Positions 39,501 through 54,800 of a stretch of DNA of 64,000 bases are shown in pieces. Location: contig NC_092679.1 of assembly GCF_964355755.1 (NCBI RefSeq), positions 7,780,201 through 7,844,200 on the forward strand. Direction: 5' to 3'. The DNA is from Antedon mediterranea. Taxonomy: Eukaryota > Animalia > Echinodermata. Positions within the stretch are counted from its first letter, which is position 1. Every line of letters begins with the position of its first letter. The notes under the pieces are model-generated. The model worked only from the letters and a program-made list of their open reading frames with translations, ran no database searches and was not told the DNA's origin. The position numbers were made by a program, and so were the translations under genes.

Positions 39501-42500
39501 ACTAGGCCTATAAAAATGGTTGTTATCTGTAGGCTTCGAATGCCTTATTCAGTATATACTGTACTAGACTTGACAATGCAATTGAAAGGCGCCAAAAACA
39601 CGTTAATTAAATTAGGTATACAGTATACTTCATATATCCATACTATAAACCTAGTATCCAATTTAAAAACCGTTTCGTTTGAGTAACCTCAATTTCATTG
39701 TACGCCCTGTTTATCATGATCAGTTAATTTGACGTAATTAAGACGATTGAGTGAAGATAGGCATAAAATGAGTCTGACTTATTGTCAAAGTTAGCTTACT
39801 TGATTGGTAAAAGGCGTAGAACACGATGGGTGTGCACGTCCTAACATACGATGTGCAGCACGTTTATTTTAACACACATTCTAACACATATTGTAGGATG
39901 GATAAACTCACCAAGCCCGTAACATAATATGGTTTTTCAACTTTTCAAACTAGAGGCCAACAGCAACTTGTGCTAGTAAATATGCTTAATATATTACTCA
40001 TGAAAGGTTTGGGCAATCCTACGTACGTAGCCAAAAGGCAAATTATTTTCATTTGCACTAAATTTCTATATCTTTCCTTCAGTTTCTTACACTTGCACTT
40101 CGCGAGGGAAAAATATCCCCCTGTAAAATCCAGACATGCATTCTTTCTGAATTCTTAATAAACTGAGAGCCATGATATTTCCCTGGGGTTTTGTAAGTCA
40201 GCATGGTAGCTAAAGCTTCAGTTCCACCACGACTTCCATAACTCCATAAAGCTTATCCGAAACATCACACAAAACCTTTATAATAAACAATGTCAACTTT
40301 TGAATACAACATTATACATTAATGTGATTCGTACCGTAGTATGTGGTATGGCAAAAGGATTATAGATTTTTAGGGGGGGGGGGGAACTCCTAGGCCTATT
40401 TTATATTAAAATTACAGCACTTAGGTGACGTGAACAAAATGTAATAAAATCAGATAGGCCCACAACATGAAATACCATCCGTTTGAATACATTCAGAACG
40501 GTATGATGTCGAAGGTATAATGGATATTCCATTACTTTGTATTATGATATGTTCTGGATCAAATGTCTTGTTTCCCAGTCAGGCTTAATTGCAGTTTGTA
40601 AACCCATAGATCGAAATATTAAAACCATGTTTCTAAGATAAAATATTATCTTCGCTGTTAGAACTAGTAATTTGATATTTGAAAGAAGAATTTTTCGTAT
40701 TTCAAGATTTCATGCTCCATCAAATCAATAATAATTATCATATTTATTACATTTAATCAAATAAAACCACCGTATTGATTGAGTAATATTATGCTGAATT
40801 GTATAACTTGTCATAAAGAAACAAGTTGGTTTGCAGTAAACAAAGTACGTTATGATATTGAGCGCATTCCGTTGTTGTTTGGTAAACGTTCGCCGCCGCC
40901 CTTATGAATCAATCGTTCTTTTTGTTTTAGGAGATATAACATTATTTAATACGTGTTGTTTGTGTTAGGAGAGATTAGAATGTTTAATAGATCAGGAAAT
41001 GCAAATGTGAAACCGTGAATTTTGACACACAGTAGGCCTACACATATTCATGATTATGACACACAGTAGGCCTGTAACACATATTCATGATTAGTATATG
41101 CCAAACATGTGGACCATTGTGTATTATTGCCATATCGATTAATTACTATAACGTATAAAATGGCGGCAAGTCAACAAAACCACACGCATATTTTCTTGGG
41201 ACAACGCTGTATTATTCAGTCGCTTTCCTTTGACAATGAATATTTGTAATGTGTTCAAGGCAGATGAATTAATGATAATTACAATATGTAAATTAGATAT
41301 GCTATATGAATCTGTCACTTCGAATTAGACTCGCTATCTATAAGCAGTTCGTCTACGATAGAACTATCTCATTTTTAGGAAGAGTAGAGTTCAGTCTATG
41401 TTTCTGGCCTATAGTTTTTAAAAGCAAGCAGTACGATGCCTATTATAATTATTATTATTTTTCCTGTCCTGGGAAACAAGACATTTGATCCAGAACATAT
41501 CATAATACAAAGTAATGGAATATCCATTATACCGTCGACGTTATACCGTTCTGAATGTATTCAAACGGATGGTATTTTATGTTGTGGGCCTATCTGATTT
41601 CCTATGTTAATATCACATATACCTACTAACAAGTAGCATAGGGGGTTTTCCCGAACACATGATATTATTCGTCATCCTCCCCTAACCGTCGTGTTTCGTA
41701 AAGTCCCTATTGATCGACGATAAATAAAATTTGCATCGCAAAATTAAACATGACTGTGATATGCTCTTATCAATTATAAAACTATAGGTCTAACAAGTTT
41801 ATATTCGCCTTTTAGTCTGTTATCATTACGATAAGTATGGGTACTTAAGCCTTTAAATGAGACAGGATAGAACACACACGAGCTTGTAACCGTTTTCCAT
41901 CACTTAGTTTTCTGTTAATACGCATTCATTTTATTCAACAACAGCTTCTATATTTACTTACGCTCAATTATTTTACTATTATCCTCGAATACGTTTACGA
42001 ATCATTGCATTTGATGGTGCGTTTTCATTGCATGCCCTACAATATTAAACACATCATGTTTAGTAAGTGCATACTTATTCGTCTCAGCATGGAGGTCTCA
42101 GTTAGCATTCCTGTGAGTCTTAATAAGATAGGCCTATACATTATTCCATCATCAGTTTAACAAATATATTTTGTCGGCTTAGTCATTAACTGTTGTATAT
42201 AGTAGTTCTATAGTTAATCATGTTTCCCCCGAATAAGCTCAAATCCAACATGATATTATGTAAATAATTATTCATTGATTTACTAGGCGTTAAGGCAACC
42301 ATGTAACCTCCATTAACAAAATGTTTACAAATATTTTACACCGTTTCATTTTAATTTCCAGAATTAACTTCTGACGATTCTGCTTTAGGCTTATGATGAG
42401 TAATATAATTGATAATTTCATTGTAGTGAACATTTGACCTCAACGTTGAGTCACAATAGACGTATCAATGCATTTATTATAGTCCGTGACACCACGGACA

Positions 42501-43871
42501 AAGGTTACGCGCGCGTACACAAAATCTGACCATTTTATCAACAAACGCGAGCTATATTGTCGCATGGTATCACATGTTCCTCTATCATAATAATTTTATT
42601 GTTCAAACCTATTTTTCAACGCCCATCAGCCGGCCGCCCAGGGTTGTTTTAGCGCAGCTGGAAAAGTTGATACTTAAATATGACAACATTTTAAAGGAAT
42701 TGGTCTCACGCGAACATTAGATACGGTCTCTCCATTTGTTCATTCCTGTTGTAGAAAGATGAGTATCGTTAGGAGGGCGCTGTGGTGATTGCATTCTATA
42801 TTATATGAACATGACAAAATATCCCTTTCCTCGAAATGTTTAACTTCGTTTTTTTCAGCGATTTTTTATGGATTATTTGGGACCAAAACTTATGAGCACG
42901 TGACTAATGCTACTAAATTGTCTTTTTTTTCCAGGAACATTTGTATCTGCTTTTACAGTATTTTGTTGTGGGTATACGGAGACAACGCCAACCAAGGCAT
43001 TTTTGTGGAACGTGTTGGTAGCTTTTCTTCAAATTTTAACTTTTGCTGTTGTTGTTGGTTGGATTTGGAGTATTATGTGGGGAATGACATTCGTTACGCT
43101 ATCTGGTATGTGTTTCTAACATTATTATTATAGCAGACATTATTCAAACATGAACACGCGGCTTCTTATTTATTTTATTTTGCACATGTCAATGATACTG
43201 CCGATATTGAATTAATGATTCTCAAAGGTGAACACACCTACACAAAGTCAGTCTGATAACAGATCTTAGGAGTTGAGTCACAACATTTACATTATTTACT
43301 GAAAGTTCTTAAATAAAATGAACATAAAACTTACAACCTAATAAACGTACTGACACAATCACACTCATCAATGAAGTATTATAATAATGGTTTATTCACG
43401 GAAATGTGTTTTAATGATTACTGATAAATTGAAACTTACCATGGCTATATCGATAGGCCTCAGTCTCTCCAGTCCATGCCATAATGACCATTTGTGCTCA
43501 CTGCATTGACGGTCTACTACTATCACACACAGCATAATAACTGACTGACAATGTCACACCTGTGCATGCAAATGACCTAATCTTAGATGACATGGAAACA
43601 AACAGCAAGTGAAACTAAATGAAACAAAACTAAATATGTGTTCACAATATAAAATAAATAATCACAATTGTTGTCAGCGTTTCCTCTTTCTCTAAAGTAT
43701 TAAAATTGCTGAACTAAACTAAGCGTTCCTCAGGTCAGCAGTAAGGAGACCCTTGACATAACATCACATCGACAAATATTATTCTAATACATATTTTTTT
43801 TTGTTTCAGCTGATTATGAACACGAAAAAGAACTAAATGAAAAGAGATCCAAGATGAAAGAAAATATTTGA
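36519..43871 (+). CDS. STUM: stum (stumble)/SPEC3-family small membrane protein, 3 exons
   Basis: Exons at about 36519-36741, 42935-43105 and 43810-43871 give [34 protein letters not shown]...FLQILTFAVVVGWIWSIMWG, the stum/Spec3 signature. Confidence 0.85.
37838..37953. repeat. Minisatellite, 23-bp unit gggagcatggacccaccatgaga, 5 copies
   Basis: Directly visible tandem copies. Confidence 0.9.
38088..38183. repeat. Tandem repeat, about 34-bp unit gcagtttcttgtctccaaacaataaa(c/a)agcaaat, about 3 copies
   Basis: Directly visible tandem copies. Confidence 0.85.
40447..41600. mobile_element. Element of about 1.15 kb with long (about 130 bp) inverted termini in stum intron 1
   Basis: 40447-40578 (aaatcagataggcccacaacat...gtcttgtttcccag) is the near-perfect reverse complement of 41469-41600. 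No clear TSD. Confidence 0.7.
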
Positions 43872-45390
43872 AAAACGAACAGGATGTTACTATTTTGAAT
43901 AGAAAAAAATGGCAATGCCCGCCATTTTATTTTGGAAGAGCTGGCCTATGGAATGTTGCACGCCAATGATAACAGGGTGTTCGTGTTCGAATTTTTTCTA
44001 TTTATTAGTATCATTCTAAATCATCAGTAAGAACGTCATAATCATAATCATCATCATTCTACATTTATAATAGTAATTTTTAACTTATTTATGGCCTGGT
44101 AATTCAATTGTATTTTTTAAAGTTATATATTTTACTTTTATAACATTTAAAATAATACGGGTCAAATACAACTAGACCTGAAAAAAGATATGGCGATAAG
44201 AATGATGTGATAGATCACTGCGTTTGTATTATGAGGGATAGAGGGTGATAGGTGTATGCCTACCGAGAGGGAGGGACGAGCGGTGTGGTTTTGGGGGAGA
44301 ACTGTAAATGTTACCTGACTTTGTCAATCTTTGGGTGAGAACTATCGGAACTAAACAGTAACAATGTTTAGTTCCGATAAAGCCAAAAGATATTCCCCCA
44401 TAGCGCCTGAATATCGCAAAAATGAAAAAAGGAAAATCAATAAAAGTTATTTATATCTGACGGTGCGGCATTTCATTGCCGACGAACGTGTTGTGTCATT
44501 TTGTATGACTTTATGCCTACAAAGTGCAACGGAATGCAAACCTCAATTAAAACGTATATACACATATAATGCCTAATTGCTGACTGGCCTCAATGCATGC
44601 AGGCCTAATTATGTTTAACTTAGAAATTTTGAATACAGTATTTTAAAATATTTTTTCTGACTTATAGAGTAGCCAAACATTTTTACGTGTTATATTTATT
44701 TGTAATATATTGATTAATGTAAATTAAATTTTCACTGGTGTTTAGTATTACAGTATTATGTTGTCGTGTTTTTCTTTATAAGCCACTTGGACGCAACTGT
44801 CGCTTGTGATTGGTCAACTCTCACTTGCGTTGCGCAGTAGTTGCGTTGCGTTCAAGTGAGAACCTAGCGCCTTAAACACTTTCAGTAGATATTTTCGCTA
44901 TAATTAATAACCAAGCAAGGAAGCCATGGAGTATATATAGGCCTATATGAGACACACTGTAACTGCAGAGAGAGTCGTACTTACATACTGAAGTCCAGAC
45001 TCATTTTTTATCAGTTTATGTTTACCTTGCACGTCATCATTGCTTGTGTAAACACTTTAGGAGATTAAGCTAAATCTCCACTAAAGTTTATCAAAATAAA
45101 CAAACTTATAGCATCGTCATTGGAGATTATAGAGCGATAACGGGTGAAAAATGGGTTAAATTCTAAGCCTGAGCGATACCAAATTACCATAATTATCGCT
45201 CAAATCCTAAGCACATCAAACTAAAATAACATCGTTGTAAATATACAGACGTTAATGGTGCAAGGTCCGATAATAGAGAACGCCGCCCAGCGCATCAGTC
45301 TATAAGAAAGATTAAGAAGAAAACAGGATCTAACCTGACAGTTGAGTAGAAATTTAAATTTTGAAGTTGTTTGGAAAAACTTGTAGAATC

Positions 45391-48300
45391 ATGAAGTTCG
45401 ATGAGATTCTGATAAACCATCTCGGGGAATTTGGTTTATATCAGAAACGAATCTATTTCATAATTGCCTTATTGGGTACAACCACAATGTTTCATCAAGT
45501 TGTTCAAGTTTTCTATTCACCGTCTATTGATCACTGGTGTAAAACACCCGATCTTCTACCTCAAAACTGTAGCCAATGGGTAGGTGATATTGACGAAGCA
45601 ACATGTAATGTATTGAAGTACAACGCAACAATTCCTCCAGACAGTGACGAAACTAACTTACGGGAGGATTATTGTAGACGATGTGTGGTTAAGTATTCGG
45701 ATTTTGATGTGGATACTGTACGATGTAATCTGTCTGATCCAAGTTTAGAGGAATGCGAAGACGGCTGGGAATATGATCATAGTCAGTACTCGTCAACCAT
45801 TATAGAAGATGTAAGTATTGGAAAGCTCCTATTCGGGAGACTCTTTCCCGTGAAACGAATGAGGGGCAATATATTATGTTTAACGCCCTATACAACAGGG
45901 GACAATCATTAAAGGCACGAAGATGTCCCTTAATTCTACTGGGGTTCTACTGTAAATTGACAAAAAGAGACACATGACTCAAGTCAAATCGTTTTACTTG
46001 GTGTTTCTTTGGGTCTTAGTGTTAACGAATTACATCAAGCTTAGGCATGTATACCCTATTTCACTATCACGAATATAGTATCCATACACTCTTGCTACAT
46101 ACAACCAATTATTGATTAAATTGTTTAAATTTTGTTTTATAAAGTTTGACCTAGTCTGCGACGACGGATCCAAAGGATCTCTGGCACAGTCAATTTATTT
46201 TGGTGGTCTTTTGGTTGGTTCATTAATATTCGGAACTCTTGCTGATTAGTAAGTTTACATCATTTTTTTTAAAACAATTGTTTTATAAGGGAAGAGTACA
46301 ATGTAATGGTCGAATGTCGTCTCCCACTGCTTAGTAAAAGCTTGGTTCCTACTAGGACGGGAGTTGACCAATCACAAGCGAGTGTTTGCACGGTCCATCG
46401 CCTGTGATTGGTCAAATTAATTTTCACTGATGTGTTTTCGTCCTAGTATGAAACTCAGGCTTTAGGCTGTATTTTAAAATGTCAGTATCCAATTAGCTTT
46501 ATATGCGAAACTTAAATAATATTCTATCTTTGTTTTTAGTATCGGTCGCAAGACAACAATGTTCCTCTGCATTACGATAACACTTCTTCTCAGCTTTTCG
46601 GTAGCGTTCGCTCCTACCTACTGGTGGTTTGTTAGCTTGAGAACTATGATGGGTTGTGCTAATATTGGCATTTATCTGATGGCTTTTACCCTCTGTAAGT
46701 TCAAATGTTTTCTATTTTAAGAAACAAAAAGATGTTCACAATTGTATTTTCAGTTTTTGCTGAAAAGAATGAAATAAATAAGATATTATATTAATAACAT
46801 ATTTCCCTATCAGTAACCTCAATTTTTTTTCAAATTCCCATTGAGCATTAATATATTAAATTAAATAGGCCTATTATATATATTATTTTTAGATATTTTA
46901 ATTCCGTCAACTAGACTACACTGGCAAACCTTTGTTCGCGAACTCGACCAAACTCTTACTTTGTCACGAGAAGTTTTCCAAAGTTTGCTAATGTAGACCA
47001 GTTGACAAACTTCGGCAAACTGCAGAAAACATGTTTGCATTAATTCTACAATAGCAAATATTAGTTTGCAAACTCGAGCAAACTCCTATTTTGTTAGGAA
47101 AAGTTGTCTAAAGTTTGCTAATATAGACCAGTTGGGAAACTGGTAAACTGCAGAAAACCCGTTTGCATAAGTCTACTAGCAAACTTTGGTTTTCAAACTT
47201 GAGCAAACTCAAGTCTGCAGTATGGACTTAACTTACTGTTACGTTTTGTTAAAATGCCGAAACATCATTTTGAACAAAGTCTTTTTTATTTAAACATCAA
47301 CTTTATTTATACATTTCAGCTACTGAAATTGTTGGACCATCAAAACGTACATTTGTTGGAATTGTTTTAAACTTCTACGTAGCTTTGGGAATTATGATTT
47401 GTGGTCTTCTGGCGTATCTTATTCGGGATTGGCGTTGGTTGCAGGTTGCCATATCAGTGCCAAATATATTCTACCTTTTTGCTTTTCCGTAAGTCAATCA
47501 ATCCTATTGTCACGTGTAAAAAAATTACGGGGCGCAGTTTAGGGGAATGTAAAATTACATTCATAACAACAATACGACACACTTTATTGTCAAACATCAA
47601 ACTGTAAATTGCCTTGAATGGCACCCCATATAATTGACTCTCGACGTTAAAATCAGTAAAATTTTCAGTTTTACGTAATTTATTTCTTTGTTTTCAGTAT
47701 TATTCCGGAGTCTGCAAGATGGTTAATATCCCAAAATCGATTCGACGAAGCAGAGAAGATTATGCAGAAATGGGCAAAGGTCAACAAGGTCGATCTTCCG
47801 AAAGATATTCTGGACGAAGAAAAAGAACTGGTAACACTGATTATTTTATTAGTGAGGGCCTAGTGTACAAAATGAAACTATGGGATAACATTTTAGTCCT
47901 CAATTTTACTTGACAATAGCGCTTACAATAAGAACATCGAGACAAAATAAGAATAATTATGATTTAAGGTAGGCGTTTCGGACGGCCAGTATGACGAAGT
48001 ATCAAAAGTGTAGGAAAAGACCGTTGGAAAATAGATCATTTTTGCATCTACCAGGCTTACAATTTTACAAAATACACATATATAATAGGCCTATATATAA
48101 TAAAATACGTTTCTTTAAAAACGTTTTTACTTTTTCCATTGTGATCTGTTTAGGTAGAAAAACAAAATGACGTAACGTACTCTATTTTCGACTTATTTCG
48201 AACTTCAAATATGAGAAAGAAGACAATCAACATCAATTATAATTGGTAAATATAATTACGTCATTGTTCGATTTCGAAAAAAAAAATGTGTATATACGAA

Positions 48301-50218
48301 ATCGTTATACTTTTAACATAAAAGATTGCTTTTGTTGGGAAATGGGAATCCTTAATTAGTTTCTTTGAAATGCATGTACTTAGTAACTAAATGCTGTAAT
48401 CACTCCTTTCTGTAGGCCTATATACACTAATATTAAATAGGCATGTAAATACTTTAAATGAATTACAACTACGACAAGAACACGGTCAGTTGAAAGGTCT
48501 TAATAGTCTGAGGAAGTTTTGATTTGCGTTTCATTTGATTTGTTGTAGGATGGTGAACAGCCTAGTATATTATGGTCTGTCTTTGGGTACGGCTAGTCTT
48601 GGTGGTAGAGACTATCTTGCCTTTGTATTATCTGGTGCTGTTGAGGTTCCAGCGTTTATAATAGCTACTCCTGCGATAGAGACGTATGGGCGGCGGCCAA
48701 TACTTTGTGCATCCATGGTATTGGGTGGTGTTGCTTGCTTTACAACGGTATGGGTCCGTGAGTAGTATAAACATTTTCTATTCATCAAGTAACTTAAGTG
48801 CAATAGTAGCCACACATTCGCGACAATTTGGACATTTCTGAACACATTTCACTTTTAATGAACGACATGAATTAAAAAGTTTGATACAAAAGGAGACATA
48901 TCATTTGTTTCGAGTGAGGGACAATATCAATCACGAGGATTCCGTGAGAAGACGGTGGGAATTGTAGAAGACGGTGGGAATTGTTGAGGACACTTTGATG
49001 TAAATTAAGAGGGTAATTAAGAAAGGTGTCGCTAAAATATGATTTATATTTGCTCTTTTCATTGCAGCTTATGGCTGGGGTAGAACTACTGTATCCTTAA
49101 TTGGAAAATTTGGTATCGCTGCTTCATTCGCCATTATCTATGTATTTTCTGCCGAGCTTTACCCAACTCCAGTAAGGTATGTATTGTACAGTTCATAAAC
49201 TAAAGCTCTGTCTACTTTATCAAACTAGTTTGACAAAAAAAAAGTGTGATGTGTCCAAATATGGTAGTAATATGACATCATCATGTCTATATAAAGGTAA
49301 AGGTAAATATATGGGCACATCACAGAGCTTAATATGTATATCACAAGCGTTTGAACGCACGTGCCGTTTCAATCATTTCGTCACCAACTTAAAGATTAAT
49401 TAAGTAATTAAAGATATATTGTGCCCCTAAAATAATTGTTTTAAAAATGTTTTTGTTGATATGCCATTTTAATGTCACATAATATACTCAATATTCACTT
49501 TGGATGAAAAAAAATATTACTTGAAAAAAGTGTAATTTAAAGCAAATTAACTGAAAAAAAACTGAATTTAACAGTTTATTTTGTCTTTTTATAGGCCTAA
49601 GTAAAAACATTATTTGTGTCCGTTTTTTTATTCCACCGAAGTGATTAACTTGCATCTTTAATAAATAAATGATTTGTAACCGACTGTATTTAACTACAAT
49701 TTGATTTATAGAATATATTGTTTTATGTACAGGAGTGCAGGTATGGGGATATCATCGATGTCTGCTCGTGTTGGGGGAATTCTTGCACCCATCATTTTAG
49801 AGATTGGTAAATTATGGCCCCCTCTTCCCCTCATGATCTTCAGCTTAATGTCAATATCTGCTGGCCTTCTTTCACTACTGCTTCCAGAAACACTCAAGAA
49901 AGATCTTCCAGAAACGTTAGAAGAAGGAGAACAATTTGGAAAGTAAGTTCTTACTTAAAATAATACGCAAGATATGAGAACGAAAAAGTCTCCGAAGCTA
50001 TAGAGAGGCTATTCAAAACCCATTCTTTTTATACCAATGTTAAATTCTATAAATTCATATTTCATTGCAACGCAATATATATTTGTTCTCTTTGAAGGAA
50101 AACACCTCATGTCGTGGTTACACAAAATACGATTGAAATATACACTCCGACAAGTTTCTGTGAATATGGTGGAGTTGACATGGAAAGTAGTTTTACTAAC
50201 CAGGCGTATCAGAAATGA
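45391..50218 (+). CDS. SLC22-family organic cation transporter (Orct-like, MFS), 10 exons
   Basis: [18 protein letters not shown], Cys-rich loop (HWC...CEDGWEYD...STIIEDFDLVC), [42 protein letters not shown] and LLLPET motifs, with GT-AG introns. The last exon (about 50098-50218) is less certain. Confidence 0.92.
46338..46462. mobile_element. Short palindromic MITE family (agcttggttcc..., tgaccaatcaca/tgtgattggtca core)
   Basis: Related fragments at about 35515-35645 and 44785-44865. Confidence 0.55.
46920..47212. repeat. Degenerate tandem repeat of about 120 bp, about 2.5 copies
   Basis: Recurrent aaactcgagcaaactc...aagtttgctaat(g/a)tagaccagttg...aaactgcagaaaac. Confidence 0.75.
49204..49329. 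mobile_element. AGCTCTGT MITE (TAA TSD, PIF/Harbinger-like)
   Basis: taa|agctctgt ... acagagct|taa, with a sister copy at 50925-51014. Confidence 0.65.
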
Positions 50219-50924
50219 AAGGATGCACAAAGTATAATATAAGAGGAGGTCAACTCAGGTGGATGTAGAACATGTAAAATAAATAACAATGATCTACTTG
50301 TATTCACCAACTTTTATGAACATTGATTTATCCAATTTATTCCAGAAATCAATATTTTCTTGAAGCAATATAAATAACAATCGCTTGTTTTATAGTTTAT
50401 AACATGTGCTTTATTGATTTATACAAACGTCCTTTATACTACAGTATTAGTACATCTATATAAATAATATATTTCTTTTTTGGAAGTACACTATTCTAGA
50501 ATACACAGAATACTGTTTGTGAATGCGATAGGAAAGTGTAAAAAATAGCAGTTTTTATATGTTAATAAATACACCATTCTTCTAGAGACATAACTAACCA
50601 ACATGTACATAAAAGGAAGTGTGTTACATAGAAATGTAGTTGAACTAAATAATATACAAACAATAAGATTTATGTTATCTTAATACATTTAACTAGGAAT
50701 AAGCACTTTTTGTGCGCTAAACAAACATACATACAAATCCATATTAAATAGATAAATAAATAACAAATATAAATATAATTATTTTGTCTACAAATTGCTT
50801 TAAGTAGGGTACTTAAGTACGAGTACTGTAAGTGCCCTGAACCTTGTTGTCCATCTCTGTGTACTAACAGTTAAATAGATTATTTGGAGTTTAATTGTTT
50901 CTTCAATCTGGATACTCAATTTTA

Positions 50925-51014
50925 AGCTCTGTCTACACTACCAAACTTTATGCACTACCATACTTGGGCACATCACACTTTTTGTCGAACTAGTCTGATA
51001 GTGTAGACAGAGCT
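50925..51014. mobile_element. AGCTCTGTCTACACTA MITE (TTA TSD)
   Basis: tta|agctctgtctacacta ... tagtgtagacagagct|tta. Confidence 0.8.
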
Positions 51015-51808
51015 TTAGTACTCACATTACAAGGCAACAAATAAACCTGTAGAAAAAATTAAAATTGCACAATAAAATACCGTAAATAGAATTCCACAAC
51101 CACTATTAATTATATTACAACATTGTAAATACATTTTCTTAATTACTTTATCAGATTGACTTTTTACATAATTATTTTCTGTGAATTTAATTATCATCTG
51201 TTATGAAATATGTAAATTATAATTATTATAATATAAATATTATAATATTAATAATAATGATATGTATTATATGCTTATGTTTAAAGTCATTAAATAAAAA
51301 TCTTGGATTGTTTACAGAATAAATGTGTGATTCAAATTAGACAATACTTTTGATTTATGTCAACTATTCAGTACTAAGTATGACAGGGAAATAATAAAAC
51401 CAACAATATTTTAAAAGGTGTTTTTTCACCATATCTTGCACCAGAAAATAAATTAAAAGAACAAATAGGATAGGATCTACATTGAAACTATGAGATTTAA
51501 TAAAATGAACATTTTAGGGATACATGTCACCTGGTAAAGAGTACATACTTACATAGAATACCAAATATTACTGTACTTAAGTATCAACTTGTAGGTAGTA
51601 TGAATTACAGTATTATCAACTCTCCCTATACAAGACACCCCTTGGGCTGGCATAATATGTCTAGTTTTCCAGAAAATGTTTTAATTGTAAAAAAAGAATG
51701 TGGGAACGTTTGGAGCTCAAGAAAAGTCTGGTTTTGGGAGAATTTCCGGTTTTTAGAGAGTCCAGTATTGGGAGAGTTGTAATTGTAAGTATTTCATTTG
51801 CATGTTAT

Positions 51809-54800
51809 TTACAGATACATTCCGTTTATTAGATAATCAGCTTCCGCAACGTTGGTTTTCAAACGTCCATAACGAAGTCTACGATTTACTTGCCGCAACC
51901 GACATCCAACCAATAGAAGCAAAAGCACCGTTATAAGAAGACCAAATGCCAACGGCAGAATTGCGCTGGTCAGTGACTTATCTGGGACACTTGATTTCTT
52001 CTTGAACAATGTTGAGTGACTGGATCCATTTTTATTATTGCTATTATTTGCAACAGTTTTCTTTGGAGATGCGGTAATATTTCCAGATATTTCAGTGAAA
52101 GATTTATTTGTTGGGCTGACAATAGATTTTGTCGTCATTGGTTTAACAGTAGTTTTTTCAACTAAAAGATAAAATAATTATAAGCAACATTAAATGTTGT
52201 CATCCTAGAATGCAGTTAACTAAAGTAACAACAGACCATTACAAAAAAACAAGTCATCTCCATGCACTTTGAGTTTGAATAGTTTCAAATAAATTGACAT
52301 GGAGTCTTGTGTTTGTTATAACACGTAACTCATTATTATAACACATTGATGCTACAGTGTACACCTGTAGTAGTATATTAAATCATAACATTGTGTGTAT
52401 ATCAATTCACCATTTTCAACAAGTCAATTACAACATCAACTACAGCTATATTGATTTTATCAATGCACAGTTACAGTATGACCTTTGACATTAGGAGGTA
52501 CACAATAAGCAGATTTTGATTGTTTTGCATTATATAATTGTTACTGAATACCATGATATTTTTACATTTGAATACAGTAGACAAAACACAAAAATAAGGT
52601 ATACATTTATACCTCCATGCTAAAACAAAAAACCATGACTTGAATCATGGAATTTTCAAAGAATTAATGGAATTATGTTTTACCTTCATAAGCCGAAGTA
52701 GATTGTTTTGTAGTTGTGTAGTCATCTGTGTCATCATTGATTTCATCATCAAATGATGCGATATTATCATAATCATCATTAATACTCAACGGTTGGTATA
52801 AATCTATAACACAAACAAACATTATTATAATTCAGTTATGTTAAAATAAAAAAAGTTATTTTGAAATTAAAGAAATGATATTATCATAATCATATGAAAC
52901 AGTTTTTTTAAATAATAATATATAACAAAAACATTACAAATTTATTGAAACAATGTTTCGTTTAATACTCAACAGTTGGAGTATCTGTTGTATTATTGTG
53001 AGAGAGTTTGTTTAGACAAAAAATTATTATTATTTATCTCCTCACCGCATGCAGGCCTGAATGGCTAGAACCTTGTAAACACATGTGAATTGTCTAGGTG
53101 TGGCATTTGATTTGTAAAGCTTTTGTTAGGTAATAGTTTAACTTTATTCTAGATCATCTAGTGATATGTATGTCTTTTGATGTGTAAAAAAGTATAATAT
53201 ACAGTGCAGGATATTGTGCACTAAATTTTGAACATTATTAATATAAAATGTTACTGATTGATTTCAAGTATGTTCATTTCAAAGAACATTCATGCATTAT
53301 AATCAACCTATGAGTTATTATAAAAATACGCTGAAACTAATGAGAAAAACATACATAGAAATAAGTATATGCACACATACAGACAACAAGCATCATGTTA
53401 TAGTAAGCAAAGCATCATGCATTTTGAAAGCAAAATACAAACAAAAACATTTATCATGTGTCTTCAATGTATTCCACGCAATAAAAATCACTCAAAAATC
53501 AAGAAAAAATCAACGATACAAATCCTTTGTACACAATGATCTACTCGAAGAATGAGAGTGGTCCAATACATAAAAAATAAAATCACATTAGTAACACCAG
53601 GAGAGAATGAAACATTGTTTATACTCAAGTAAAACATGCAATAACAAAAAACATGCTACTATTTTGAAAGACACTTTTTAACATACGATAAAAATACAGT
53701 ATTTAAGCTAGACAGCATGAGACATCCATTTAATATATGATCTGTAAAAAACAAATGTGAAAAACAAAACATAATGATGAAGTCAAACTATGCACAAAAA
53801 GATTTCAAGACGATCATGTTTCACAATAAATATACCAAACAATCATATTTTACAATAATCTTGTGTACAAAATGAATTTTGTTTAGATATGGTGTTTTTT
53901 AACCAAAAAAAAGAATAGGTGGAATTTTTGTAGATTCTTTGATTTTTGGGTTCTAAAAATGTCATCCACTTGGATATCCCAATGTTACCATTATAAATAA
54001 TTTGTTACTGAAAGACAAGGATGAAACCAATAAAGCTGTAGACTTACATCTTGCATTCATACAAAGAGATGTCATAGTGAACAATATCTCTTTAAAGAAT
54101 GCTGAAATGAAGGGTGAACTTAACAGGACTTGAGGAAACTTACCAATCCTCAGGTGTAACAAAGCATGCACACATTGACTGCTTCAAAACAACAACCAGC
54201 CGAAACAATGAGATATCAAAACACCTATCACGATACCTGCATTGTTTCCACTGACAACTCGATGTGGTTGTTTGAATTGGTCATTTCGATACTGGTTCCA
54301 AAACTGTCGTGGATTCTCTCCGCGTCCAATATAATCATACTCCCTGTAAGGATAATCTGGTCTTCTGCCTCGATCGTTATACCAGTCAGGTACTGCTTGT
54401 TGGTGATGATATTTTGGTTGGTGGTCTGGCCTTCTTTGTCTATCCTCCCATTTATTAATGTAGTTTCTTGAGGGTACATTTGATTGTCCATCGTGTTCGC
54501 CACCAGTCTTCGGTTTCTTTTGATGAATATAATCTTCGTGGTCCTTCATTTGGGTTTGTTGCCGGTCAACATCAGCATTTTCTGGCCAACCACGATTTCT
54601 GTTACGAGAATTAACCTCTTTGTCCAGCATTTCACCATCTGGAGTGTTGTCTATTTGACCTCTATGCTGGTATCCATCATCGTTTGGACCACTTTCTAGC
54701 GGTGGCTGCAACCACTTCTCTCCTTTATCTCTCATCAATTCTTTGCTAGAACCAGCCGTTTCTGTAATCTTGTCATTCCAGTCTTCTTTAGGTCCATCAT

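Noticed and set aside
54048-54171. Possible small cassette exons downstream of the large LRP11 exon
   Set aside because: Two gtaagt donors are present, but one candidate contains an in-frame stop and the other (42 nt) has no supporting homology. This cannot be resolved without RNA data.
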